From positions 1 through 53,221 of the forward strand of contig JAURFH010000002.1 of NCBI GenBank assembly GCA_030834415.1: DNA of 53,221 nucleotides, read 5' to 3'. Both the position numbers and the translations under genes were made by a program. This DNA is from Verrucomicrobiota bacterium. Its GTDB lineage: Bacteria; Verrucomicrobiota; Verrucomicrobiia; Limisphaerales; JAEYXS01. The notes under the pieces are model-generated. The model saw only the letters and a list, made by a program, of their open reading frames with translations. It did not search any database and was not told the origin of the DNA. Below are positions 38,393 through 47,708 of the stretch, in pieces (the first letter of the stretch is position 1; each line of letters starts with the position of its first letter).

Positions 38393-39286
38393 ATGTCCAA
38401 GCTCCGTCTCATCGCCTCCCTGTTGCTGCTCACGCTCGTCAGCAGCGTTCATAGTGCTGAAGCTGTCCGCGAGGAGCTCGATGTGAAGTATGGTGAGGCG
38501 GGTGGCAAACCCTTGCTCCTCGATGTCTTTCGCCCGGTGCAACAACAGGGCAAGTTGCCCGTTGTCGTCTACGTGCATGGCGGCGGCTGGACGGGCGGCG
38601 ATAAGAAAGACTTCCGCGATGGTGCCCGAGGATTGACCAAGGCGGGCTACGTCACCTTCTGTGTCGGGTATCGTCTCGTGCGCACCAATGATGTGAACAA
38701 CATCACGCGTTGGCCCGCCCAGATTAACGATGTGCAACGCGCCATCCGGTGGATCCGTTCCAAAGCCGATGAATACCAGATTGATCCCGATAAGATCGGC
38801 GCGGTCGGCGCTTCCGCAGGCGGCCATCTCGTTTCATTGCTCGGCACCATCGATACTCGCGACAACTCCGACAAAGCGCTGGCGAAATATTCCAGCAAGG
38901 TCCAGTGCGTCATCAACATCTTCGGACCGGCAGACCTCACGCCAGACTTTACCAAAATCGTACCGGCTGGCCCGATGGTGCAGACCTTGGTGGACAATCT
39001 GATGGTAAAGCCGAAGAGCACCGACCTTGAGCTCTACAAGCAGGCATCACCGCTCTTCCAAGTGAACTCCAAATCCTCACCTTTCATCCATTTTCACGGC
39101 ACGGTGGATCCGCTCGTCCCGTTAGACCAATCGCAACGTCTGCACGCCGCCCTGAAGAAAGCCGGGGTGGAATCCACTCTCGTCATCTTCGAGGGCGAAG
39201 GCCACGGCTTCAAGAAGCCTGAGAATATGCAGAAGTTCATCGTCGATTCCGTAAACTTCTTGAACAAGCACTTGAAAGGGAACTAG
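38393..39286 (+). CDS. secreted alpha/beta hydrolase (esterase/lipase, HGGG type)
   Basis: 297-aa ORF with a signal peptide. It has an oxyanion motif (VYVHGGGW), a nucleophile elbow (GASAGGH) and the motifs HGTVDPLVP and GEGHGF. Confidence 0.85.
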   Translation: MSKLRLIASLLLLTLVSSVHSAEAVREELDVKYGEAGGKPLLLDVFRPVQQQGKLPVVVYVHGGGWTGGDKKDFRDGARGLTKAGYVTFCVGYRLVRTNDVNNITRWPAQINDVQRAIRWIRSKADEYQIDPDKIGAVGASAGGHLVSLLGTIDTRDNSDKALAKYSSKVQCVINIFGPADLTPDFTKIVPAGPMVQTLVDNLMVKPKSTDLELYKQASPLFQVNSKSSPFIHFHGTVDPLVPLDQSQRLHAALKKAGVESTLVIFEGEGHGFKKPENMQKFIVDSVNFLNKHLKGN

Positions 39287-39364
39287 ACGAAGCGATGTGA
39301 CTCGCAAAGAGCGATTCCAAACTTTCAATACCGTTCCATCCGATTTAGATTAAATCCTATCGCC

Positions 39365-40222
39365 ATGAATCCATATCACGATTTTGTTGAGACATATGCG
39401 CGGCTCGCGCGCGAGGGCAAGTCCTGGCCGCTTGGCGGTTTTCCGGATTGCCCCAAGCCTGAGATCGCCAAGGATGCACCCGTGGCCCTGATCTTCTCAC
39501 CGCATCCGGATGATGAAGTGATCATCGGTGGTCTGGCCCTGCGGCTTTTGCGCCAGGCCGGCTGGAACGTCATCAACATCGCCGTGACCCAAGGCAGTAA
39601 CAAGGAGCGGCAGGCAGAACGCTGGCAGGAATTGAAGCAATGCTGTGATTGCATCGGTTTCGGCCTTGAAGCCACCGGCCCTTGCGGACTGGAACGGGTG
39701 ACGCTCAAGACGCGCCAGACGGATAACGTCTATTGGACGAGCATGGTGCATGTCATCGTGGGTATCCTGAAAAAGCACCAGCCCAAGGTCATCTTCTTCC
39801 CGCATGAACTGGACTGGAACAGCGCACATATCGGTACGCATTTCCTGGTAACGGATACGCTGAAGCATATGCCCGAGGATTTCACCTGCCATTCCGTGGA
39901 AACGGAATTCTGGGGCCAGATGCCCACGCCGAATCTCACAGTAGAACTCGGCCCGATCGAGCTCGGCGACCTGATCACCGCCCTCACTTTCCATGTCGGC
40001 GAGGTGAAGCGGAATCCCTATCACCTCAGCCTACCCGCCTGGATGGTGGACAATGTGCGTCGTGGTGGTGAACTGGTCGGCGGCCAAGGTGGCGCCGCAC
40101 CCGATTTCGCTTTTGCCACCCTCTACCGCTTGCGCCAATGGAAAGAAGGTGCGCTGCATCACACCTACGAAGGTGGCCGCAGCCTGAGCATGGCGGAAGA
40201 CCCGACGACTTTGTTCTGCTAA
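39365..40222 (+). CDS. PIG-L / LmbE family N-deacetylase
   Basis: 285-aa ORF with the signature IFSPHPDDEVIIGG and later His residues (FFPHELDWNSAH). Confidence 0.85.
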   Translation: MNPYHDFVETYARLAREGKSWPLGGFPDCPKPEIAKDAPVALIFSPHPDDEVIIGGLALRLLRQAGWNVINIAVTQGSNKERQAERWQELKQCCDCIGFGLEATGPCGLERVTLKTRQTDNVYWTSMVHVIVGILKKHQPKVIFFPHELDWNSAHIGTHFLVTDTLKHMPEDFTCHSVETEFWGQMPTPNLTVELGPIELGDLITALTFHVGEVKRNPYHLSLPAWMVDNVRRGGELVGGQGGAAPDFAFATLYRLRQWKEGALHHTYEGGRSLSMAEDPTTLFC

Positions 40223-40229
40223 AAAGCAA

Positions 40230-40255
40230 AAGGCGCATCCTAACGGATGCGCCTT
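40230..40255 (-). terminator. rho-independent terminator (prs; possibly bidirectional)
   Basis: An 11-bp stem (AAGGCGCATCC-TAAC-GGATGCGCCTT) lies between convergent genes. On the minus strand it is followed by TTGCTTTTT. Confidence 0.65.
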
Positions 40256-40278
40256 GCTGAAATATATTCCTTACCAGA

Positions 40279-41223
40279 CTAGCTCGTCCGACCACCCTTG
40301 AAGTCGAACAGACCGGTGACGGAAGAGTTGCTGTGGATACGCTTGATGGCTTCGCCCAAGAGGCTGGCCACGGAGAGCGTCGTCACTTTCACCCCGTCGA
40401 TCGGCCCACGCAACACGGAGTCCGTGGTGATGAGTTCATCGATCACCGAGGCGCGCAGGCGCTGGATGCCGAGGTCGTTCAGCAGCGCGTGAGACACACA
40501 AGCGTAGATGCGCTTGGCACCTTTCTTCTTCAGCAGCTTGGCGGCCGTGGTCAACGTACCGGCGGTCTCGGTCAGGTCGTCCACCATCAGTACCGTCTTG
40601 CCACGGATATCACCGATGACGGTCATGGACTCGATCTCGGTAGCACTCTTACGGCGCTTGGCCACGATGGCCAGACCGGCATTGAGCACCTGAGAGTAAG
40701 CATGGGCCATCTTGATACCGCCCACGTCCGGACTCACCACAACGAGGTCAGGCAGGTCCATCTGCTTCAGGTAATCATACATGACCGGGGCCGCATAGAG
40801 GTGGTCCACCGGGATGTCGAAGAAGCCTTGGATCTGCTGGGCATGGAGGTCCATGGTCAGCACGCGGTTCGCACCAGCAGCCACGATGAGATTCGCCACG
40901 AGCTTGGCCGTGATAGGCACACGCGGCTGGTCCTTGCGGTCCTGTCGGGCGTAACCGTAGAATGGCATCACCGCCGTGATGCGCGAGGCGCTGGAGCGAC
41001 GGAGGGCGTCCATCATGATGAACATCTCCATCAGATGATGGTTCGAGGGGGGGCTGGTGGATTGGACTATGTAGATGTCCTCACCACGCACGTTCTCCTC
41101 GATCTTGACGAAGGTCTCCCCGTCAGGAAAGGCATCGACCGTGCATTTGCCAAGCTCGATGCCCATGTATTCGCAAATCGCGAGGGCGAGTGGCCGGTTG
41201 GATGTGCCGCAGAAAACTTTCAC
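40279..41223 (-). CDS. prs: ribose-phosphate pyrophosphokinase
   Basis: 314-aa ORF with the motifs FPDGETFVKIEENVRGEDIYIVQS, DLHAQQIQGFF, VSPDVGG and MVDDLTETAGT. Confidence 0.95.
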   Translation of the reverse strand: MKVFCGTSNRPLALAICEYMGIELGKCTVDAFPDGETFVKIEENVRGEDIYIVQSTSPPSNHHLMEMFIMMDALRRSSASRITAVMPFYGYARQDRKDQPRVPITAKLVANLIVAAGANRVLTMDLHAQQIQGFFDIPVDHLYAAPVMYDYLKQMDLPDLVVVSPDVGGIKMAHAYSQVLNAGLAIVAKRRKSATEIESMTVIGDIRGKTVLMVDDLTETAGTLTTAAKLLKKKGAKRIYACVSHALLNDLGIQRLRASVIDELITTDSVLRGPIDGVKVTTLSVASLLGEAIKRIHSNSSVTGLFDFKGGRTS

Positions 41224-41481
41224 AAGGTGCGTTAGCTGTCCGTTGCTTCAAAATGGAAAACCCACCGACGTGGTGGATTTTCAGCCGATTCAAATTGTGG
41301 CGAAACTGTAACAATGGACCGGGGGCAGGCAAGCCCTTATTCGGTCCATACCCATAATGTATAGAATGAACCAAACTAACAGTGCGGCCAAGGCTTTGCG
41401 GTGGCGGGCCTTATAAAGCCCAATGAAAATCGGGGCCAAATCTGCTTCACGGACGTTAATCGTCTGGTATAAGCTGCTTTC

Positions 41482-41919
41482 ATGGAAGTCACCGGTGACA
41501 CATTACCTTCGGCTGCTGAAAAAGAGCAGCGCAATTGGGGCATGTTCTGCCACTTGGCCGCGTTGGCCGTGTTCGTACCCGTGATCCCATTTGGGAACAT
41601 TGTGAGGCCGCTGGTCATCTGGCTTTGGAAGCGCCATGAGATCCCCGGCGTGAATGAACAGGGTAAGGCCGCCTTGAACTTCCATCTCTCCGTCACCATC
41701 TACTTGCTGGTGATAGGCCTGCTGTTCGCGCTGCCATTGTTGCTATGCAGCCTCATCTTCCCTCCCCTGCTCTTATTGGCCATACCTGCGTGGATTTTTA
41801 TGGCTGTCTGTGCGAGCGCGATAGTGATAACGGAAGTCGTTCTGACAATCGTTGCCGCTCTACGAGCCAGTGACGGCAATCACTACCGTTATCCCTTCAC
41901 CCTGAACCTCATCAAGTAA
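41482..41919 (+). CDS. DUF4870 domain membrane protein
   Basis: 145-aa ORF. The stretch EKEQRNWGMFCHLAALAVFV...PLVIWLWKRHE.P.V.EQGKAALNFHLSVTIY matches the DUF4870 pattern. Confidence 0.7.
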   Translation: MEVTGDTLPSAAEKEQRNWGMFCHLAALAVFVPVIPFGNIVRPLVIWLWKRHEIPGVNEQGKAALNFHLSVTIYLLVIGLLFALPLLLCSLIFPPLLLLAIPAWIFMAVCASAIVITEVVLTIVAALRASDGNHYRYPFTLNLIK

Positions 41920-42280
41920 GCCCCGCCCGCGCCTTGGCCTTGGCGAGGTCGGCATCCGACAGTTCGCCGATGAGCGAGTTCAGGTTCTTACCGGCTTTGC
42001 GGTCACCCTGCTTGTAAGCGGCATAGAACCAGTGGAACGCCTCGATGAAGCTTTTCTCGACACCATCGCCCGCGTAGTAACGCGCCCCCAGATTGTTTTG
42101 CGCCAGGGCATGGCCATTCTCCGCTGCCCGGAGCAACCAGCCTACCGCCTGTTCGTCATTCAACGGCAGCACACTGCCTAGGGCCTGCCGCCACGCCAGT
42201 TCATACTGGGCATCAGCATCGCCGTCTTCCGCCTTCGGCAACAACGTCGCCAAGAGCTCTTCTGCTTCCGGATCGCTCAT
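41912..42280 (-). CDS. Sel1-repeat (TPR-like) protein
   Basis: 122-aa ORF with repeats of the type GDADAQYELAWRQALG, AENGHALAQNNLGARYYAGDGVEKS and AAYKQGDRKAGKNL. Confidence 0.8.
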   Translation of the reverse strand: MSDPEAEELLATLLPKAEDGDADAQYELAWRQALGSVLPLNDEQAVGWLLRAAENGHALAQNNLGARYYAGDGVEKSFIEAFHWFYAAYKQGDRKAGKNLNSLIGELSDADLAKAKARAGLT

Positions 42281-42378
42281 ATCGATGTCGTCAGTGCTAG
42301 CGCAAACGCGACCGCTAAAAAAGCAAAAGCTCCAAGCCGTGCATTTGGGGCTTGGAGCTCTGGCATACGGTTCTTCCC

Positions 42379-43689
42379 TTAGCTAAATATCTCGCGCACC
42401 GGCTCACCCCGATCCGTGATCGGCACCGGCCGATCGCCATCATGCAGGTTTCGCGCGGGATTGATGCCCAACGCGCAATGGATGGTCGCGTGCAGATCGG
42501 GCACCGAGATGGGCCGCGACACGATCTGCTTCGCCAGTTCATCCGTCTCACCGATCGCGCAACCTGTCTTCAATCCGCCACCCGCCAAGGCCACGCTGAA
42601 CGCCTTGGACCAATGCCCACGTCCACCGCCGCCATCGAATTCCGGCGGACGTCCAAATTCACCCGCCACCACAATCAATGTCTTATCGAGCAACTTGTTC
42701 TTCTCCAAGTCCGTCACCAATGTAGCCAACGCCTTGTCGAGTTGTTGGATGAGGATGTGCTGGTTCTTCTGGCCGTCATTGTGCGTGTCCCAGCCCGTGC
42801 CGTTGATGAAGTTCAGGTTGAACGACACCTCGATGAAGCGCACACCGCGTTGCACCAAACGCCGCGCCAATAGACAGCGCTGGCCAAATTCCTCCCCGTA
42901 AGCCTCGCGCAGACTCGATGCCTCGGATGACAGCTTGAAGGCATCCATGAAATCGCCCCCAGCCAGCCCAAAGCTCGTGCCCACCGCTTCGTTGTAATCT
43001 GTCACCGTCTTGTCGCTCGCATTTCTGGCCACGTATCCCTTGCGCAACTTGCTCAGCAATTCCTCACGTTCCGCCTGACGCGACGTGGAAACGTAGCTCG
43101 GCCGCGTCAATCCGTTAGGACCTGCCTCCGTATCCGTCAGGTAAACATAACCATGTTTCGCGCCCAAGAAACCCGGTCCGCGCATGATGCTCGGATAACC
43201 GATCACCACATATGGCGGGATGCTCTCGGACACCGCCCCGCGCTGATGCGCCACCAGTGAACCGATGGATGGATACATGATGGTGCCCGTTGTCTTGCGG
43301 CCCGTGTGCATGAAATTCGTCGCCGCCGCATGCTCGTCGATGATGCCGTGGTTCACCGTGCGCAGGAGCACGAACCGGTCGAGGATATTCGCCGTGTTCT
43401 TAAAGTGCTCGCAGATCTGTACGCCCTTCACCGCTGTATCGATGGCCGGATACGCCGAGCCCGCCACTTTCTTTTCCGGATCGCCCAAGCGTTTCGGATC
43501 CCAAGTGTCCATGTGCGCCGGACCACCACCGAGCCACAGCATGATGCAATGCTCGGCCTTGCCCTTGGGATAAATCACCTTGGCCCCTTCGGCCCCGAAC
43601 AGATTCGGTCCCAAGGCACTGGCGCCCGCGAGGGCCAGACCGGCCGTGCCAGCACGTTGGATAAATTGACGACGATTCATAGCTTGCAT
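42379..43689 (-). CDS. DUF1501 domain protein, Tat signal
   Basis: 436-aa ORF with a twin-arginine leader (NRRQFIQRAGTAGLALAG) and the motifs MLWLGGGPAHMDTWDPK, GEFGRPP and GRGHW. Confidence 0.9.
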   Translation of the reverse strand: MQAMNRRQFIQRAGTAGLALAGASALGPNLFGAEGAKVIYPKGKAEHCIMLWLGGGPAHMDTWDPKRLGDPEKKVAGSAYPAIDTAVKGVQICEHFKNTANILDRFVLLRTVNHGIIDEHAAATNFMHTGRKTTGTIMYPSIGSLVAHQRGAVSESIPPYVVIGYPSIMRGPGFLGAKHGYVYLTDTEAGPNGLTRPSYVSTSRQAEREELLSKLRKGYVARNASDKTVTDYNEAVGTSFGLAGGDFMDAFKLSSEASSLREAYGEEFGQRCLLARRLVQRGVRFIEVSFNLNFINGTGWDTHNDGQKNQHILIQQLDKALATLVTDLEKNKLLDKTLIVVAGEFGRPPEFDGGGGRGHWSKAFSVALAGGGLKTGCAIGETDELAKQIVSRPISVPDLHATIHCALGINPARNLHDGDRPVPITDRGEPVREIFS

Positions 43690-43704
43690 GTCTTTCTTCG
43701 TTGC

Positions 43705-46700
43705 TTAAGGCACAAACACAAACTCCGGCGTGTTCACCATCGCCCACACCAGGTCCTCGGCGCGTTCACGCCAGTTCGCTTGCAGACGCGGGGTCGGTTC
43801 TTCGCCACGGCGCGCCTTCTCTTCCAGTGCCATCTTGATCTCCGTGGCCTTCGCGTTGAGATGGTTGGACCAGCTCAACAACAAGCTCGGATCATATTCT
43901 TTCTTCAGGCTTTTCGGCGGCACATCCAGCACACGCTCCGCATAGCCCGGTTTCAGATGTTCTGCAAAAGCCGCCAGCTCCTCGCTGGAAGGCTCACGCG
44001 TCAGCAAGCGCTGGAACAACTGCTTCACCAATGCTTCAACCGGCTGCTTCTGCACACAGAGTTCGGTGATATCGCAATCGTCGCACAATCGCGCGATGCG
44101 CCCGTTGCTCATCTCGCCGTTCGCGAGTTCGGCCGGTTGCAATACGTTCGGGGAATCATCTCGCACACTGAGCGCGTTCTGCCGCGATTCCCGCCAGCCG
44201 AACATTGCCAGCGCATTAACGATCTCCTGCGTCTTCGGCATCGCCAGTGCGGGCCGGTCACGGTCATTCGAGAGCGAGGTGAACTCCCAGGCCCGCTTCG
44301 GCACACCGAGGCTCAAGAAGTCTTTCGCCGAACGGCGCGAATCATTGTCCAGCGTCAGCAACTCGGAATCGAACTGCTTGCCCACGGCGGCATACATCGA
44401 GTCCACAATCTGCTCTGCTGTCATGCGGCGGCGATATTGCCCCGCGAAGTTGCGCACCTTCGGATCCGTCAGGTCACCATCCTGATGCACCACCACCCGC
44501 TGGTAGCTGTGGGAATTGAAAATCAAGCCCGCCACGTGTTTCAGGTCATAGTCATGCGACACCAACTCACGCGCCAGCCACTCCATCAATTCTGGATGCG
44601 ATGCCTTGGACGTTTCCCAATCATCCACCGGCTCCACCAGCGCGTAACCGAAGTAACGCTTCCACATGCGGTTCACGATCACCTTGGCGAACCGCTCATT
44701 GCGCGGATCGGTGACGTAGGCGGCCAGCTGTTCGCGGCTGTCCTTCGGCTCGCGCAAGGTACCGGGAGCCAGCTCATCGTGCATCGCCTTCTTGGCGAAA
44801 GGCCATACCGGTTCCACCTTCTCGCCCGGGTGCAACGTCACATTCACCAAGCGCCCCACCTTGATATTCGCGTTGGCCGGGATGGAGCTGCTCTTCGGCA
44901 CTTCTTGCGGCCCTTGCTTGAGCATCGCCGCCAGGCTGAACAAGTCAGCCTGCTTGAAATCATGATACGGCGCATCGTGGCAACGCGCACATGCCAGGTT
45001 CATCGCGAGGAACGCCGAGGAGACGACCTGCGCGCGATCCGCCATCGGCACATCGTTCTGCGTGGCCAGGCTGAATCCGCCGGGGCCGCCATGATACACA
45101 CTGCCCTGCATGGAGATGAGTTCCGTCGCAAAACGGTCGATCGGTTTGTTGTCCAGGAAGGACTCGTGGATCCAGTAGCGGAACGGACCCGAGTTATTTA
45201 GCGTGGGCTTGAGGATCGCCGGATTCTCTGCCAACACGTCTTGCCAGTACGGCACCCAGTTATCAGCCCAGCTCGGATGACTCATGAACCGCTCGATGGC
45301 CTTCGCGCGACGATCCGGCGACTTGTCGTTCATGAACACCTTGATCTGCTCCGGTGTTGGCACCAATCCCGTCGTGTCCAAGGACAAACGACGCAGGAAC
45401 GCCCAATCATCCGTCAAACCAGCGGGCTTGATATTCTCCGCTTCGAGCCGGGCATTGATGAAACGGTCGATGTTGTTCTGCACTGCCGCACCAGAAGTCG
45501 TCGGAATCTTCAGTGCTGGCATCTGCGCCACCACTTTGCGGGCGAACTTATGCCGCTCCGCCCAATACTTGTTCTCTTCCTTCAACTGATCATGGCGACG
45601 CGCATACTCCAGCTTGCCGAACTGCGCGGTCTGATTGTCCACATAAGCGAGGAAATCTTCATCCGTGTGCGGCACCCGCACCTTCGGAGCCACCAGATGA
45701 TACAGCCCGCCCTTGGTCGAGACGCTCACCGTGAGCTCACCAACTTCCGGCTTCAGCGTCTTACCGCCCACGATAGATTCCAGCACCATCAATTGCGGTT
45801 TGCCCTCGCTCGTCACTTTGATCTCCAGCTCGTCATGACCAGTGCGCAGGAAGCGCAGACCCGCAGGCAAATCCTGCGGGATCGGGTCCACCTGACCATG
45901 GCCGCTGCCGTTCGGGACGATGAACTTCGTCACGCCCAGCAATTGTCCATCCAGGAACAGCCGTGAACTCTGCAAGGAACGGAGCAACAACGTGTGCTCA
46001 CCTTTGGGCAACGTGATCATCGCCGCGGAACGCACCAAGAACGCCGGTGAACGGTCGATCACCACCCCATGTTCATTGTACTTCTTCGGCACCTGCGCCA
46101 ATCCGAATGCCGGGATGGTGAATGTCTCCGTCGGCTTGCCCGGCGTGAAATTCCAGTTCGATTCCGTCGGGATATTCTCCACGATATCCACCTGCACCGC
46201 ATCCTTCGGCAAAGCCGTGATATCCACCTTTGGACCCGTCGGGATGTAGCGATACCGCTTCTTCAAATCGCTGCTCGAAAGCGCACGGCGATAGATTGCC
46301 ACTTCATTGATGAGGCCGTTGAAGGAACTTCCCGCACTGCCATTCATCGAGGACCCGATCCAAACTTCGTCATCGTCTACCACCGGGCCCAAGTCCGTCT
46401 TGCCACCCATATCCCACTGGCCCTTGACCTCCTGCCCGTCCATGTAGCCTTTGACGCTGTCGCCCTTGCCGAACGAATACGTGACCGCCACATGATGCCA
46501 GCCCGCGCCCGGCACGAACCCCTTCGTCGCCGTCCAGCGATGCCAGAACTCCTCGGAATTCTTCGCCTTCTCCTTGCCGCTCCGCGCATCGCGGAAGAGG
46601 AAGCTCAGGCACGCCTGACCGTCATCACCGCGCAAACGCAACGCCCAGTTCTGGTTGTCCGACGCAAACCCTTTGATCCCCGTGCGGCCCTTGCCCACGA

Positions 46701-47109
46701 TGTAAACATTCTGGTTGTCGCCGAGCTTGTTCAGATACACCCACGCCTCGATCGTGATGGCATCACCCAATTTGAAATCCAACGGGCTGTCCGCGCCGGG
46801 ATCTTTCACCCGCACATAATCCCCCTTGCCGCTGAACGCCGCCGCTGTGCTGTCCGGCTCAAATTCCGGGAACGTCTCATTCGATGGTCCGGCCTGCTGC
46901 ACCGCCACCTTGCCCGCGATGGTTCCGTCCAGCTTCGCCGCCTGCTCGCCCGGTGCATGGTTCTTGATGCTGTCCGGCTTCGCATCATTCAACCGCCAAT
47001 ACGCCACCGGCTTGTCCTTGATGACGATCTCGTGATACGCCGCTTGCACTTGGATGGCCAAACCGGCCAATCCGATGCCTAGAATTCGAATAAAAGCGTT
47101 TCGCTTCAT
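43705..47109 (-). CDS. LamG (concanavalin-like) / DUF1549 / DUF1553 domain protein
   Basis: The start is taken at MKRNAFIRILGIGLAGLAIQVQA, Met101 of the track ORF. A LamG-like region is present (ITIEAWVYL...WHHVAVTY...LINEVAIYRRALS). DUF1549 motifs (LRRLSLDTTGLVPTPEQ and CARCHDAPYHDF) are followed by a DUF1553-type C-terminus ending PEFVFVP. Confidence 0.87.
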   Translation of the reverse strand: MKRNAFIRILGIGLAGLAIQVQAAYHEIVIKDKPVAYWRLNDAKPDSIKNHAPGEQAAKLDGTIAGKVAVQQAGPSNETFPEFEPDSTAAAFSGKGDYVRVKDPGADSPLDFKLGDAITIEAWVYLNKLGDNQNVYIVGKGRTGIKGFASDNQNWALRLRGDDGQACLSFLFRDARSGKEKAKNSEEFWHRWTATKGFVPGAGWHHVAVTYSFGKGDSVKGYMDGQEVKGQWDMGGKTDLGPVVDDDEVWIGSSMNGSAGSSFNGLINEVAIYRRALSSSDLKKRYRYIPTGPKVDITALPKDAVQVDIVENIPTESNWNFTPGKPTETFTIPAFGLAQVPKKYNEHGVVIDRSPAFLVRSAAMITLPKGEHTLLLRSLQSSRLFLDGQLLGVTKFIVPNGSGHGQVDPIPQDLPAGLRFLRTGHDELEIKVTSEGKPQLMVLESIVGGKTLKPEVGELTVSVSTKGGLYHLVAPKVRVPHTDEDFLAYVDNQTAQFGKLEYARRHDQLKEENKYWAERHKFARKVVAQMPALKIPTTSGAAVQNNIDRFINARLEAENIKPAGLTDDWAFLRRLSLDTTGLVPTPEQIKVFMNDKSPDRRAKAIERFMSHPSWADNWVPYWQDVLAENPAILKPTLNNSGPFRYWIHESFLDNKPIDRFATELISMQGSVYHGGPGGFSLATQNDVPMADRAQVVSSAFLAMNLACARCHDAPYHDFKQADLFSLAAMLKQGPQEVPKSSSIPANANIKVGRLVNVTLHPGEKVEPVWPFAKKAMHDELAPGTLREPKDSREQLAAYVTDPRNERFAKVIVNRMWKRYFGYALVEPVDDWETSKASHPELMEWLARELVSHDYDLKHVAGLIFNSHSYQRVVVHQDGDLTDPKVRNFAGQYRRRMTAEQIVDSMYAAVGKQFDSELLTLDNDSRRSAKDFLSLGVPKRAWEFTSLSNDRDRPALAMPKTQEIVNALAMFGWRESRQNALSVRDDSPNVLQPAELANGEMSNGRIARLCDDCDITELCVQKQPVEALVKQLFQRLLTREPSSEELAAFAEHLKPGYAERVLDVPPKSLKKEYDPSLLLSWSNHLNAKATEIKMALEEKARRGEEPTPRLQANWRERAEDLVWAMVNTPEFVFVP

Positions 47110-47368
47110 GGTTCTTTGGGTATTCCCTTTAATCCTAAACTTCCGACCGCCCCCGGCAAGGCCGAAACTCACGCCGGAACGAACTGCGGTGCTAATACTC
47201 ATCATCATAACCACAAACCTCCCCCCGTCACGACCGCATAGGTGGGATTCTCCACTACCACTTTCGGGTGATGCCTCATTTTGGAGTGCGGAGGCCTGAC
47301 TCCGCTTCTTGCCCCGTACCAAAGGTCGGGGTCCCTCGACGCGGCTCGACGCGTCGATCCCATATCCC

Positions 47369-47403
47369 TCATTCGATGTTCGATGTTGGATGTTTCCCCT
47401 ACC
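47369..47403. repeat. short TCATTCG/TTCGATGT low-complexity module ending in TTTCCCCTACC
   Basis: The sequence is TCATTCGATGTTCGATGTTGGATGTTTCCCCTACC. A related module, CATTCGGATTTCGTCATTCGTCATTTTCCCTACCC, occurs at 24371-24406. Confidence 0.35.
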
Positions 47404-47708
47404 TTTCATTCTCCCTTCTTCATTCTAATTTCAATCTTCACGCCCCCATCCTAAAGGGGGACCTAGGACATCCGCTGTCCATGGTGCCGTTTTTGTGAAA
47501 ATATTTAAAACTCACACAAACCACTGAAATAGAATAACTTAACCATAAAAAACTCTCCAGAATCTAAAATTTTTCCCAATCCCATTCGCGCCAATCCGCG
47601 AAAATCGCGTCACCTCTCCCTGTCCCCCACTTTTCTCCCAAAATGCAAACCTGAAGTCCCACCGCCTAATCTTGCTTACGGCCGCTTTCTCGCTACCTTG
47701 TGCCCGCT

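Noticed and set aside
43306-47082. Long plus-strand ORFs (631 aa at 43306-45201, 241 aa at 45241-45966, 337 aa at 46069-47082) antisense to the LamG/DUF1549/DUF1553 and DUF1501 genes.
   Set aside because: These are extremely Arg/His/Leu-rich, low-complexity translations with no domain signatures. The minus strand encodes well-recognised families across the same span.
47110-47409. A 100-codon N-terminal extension of the LamG/DUF1553 ORF, giving the 1234-aa track ORF.
   Set aside because: The extension translates the repeat-laden spacer (NIQHRTSNE..., RSQASALQ...). A canonical signal peptide begins at Met101 (47109).
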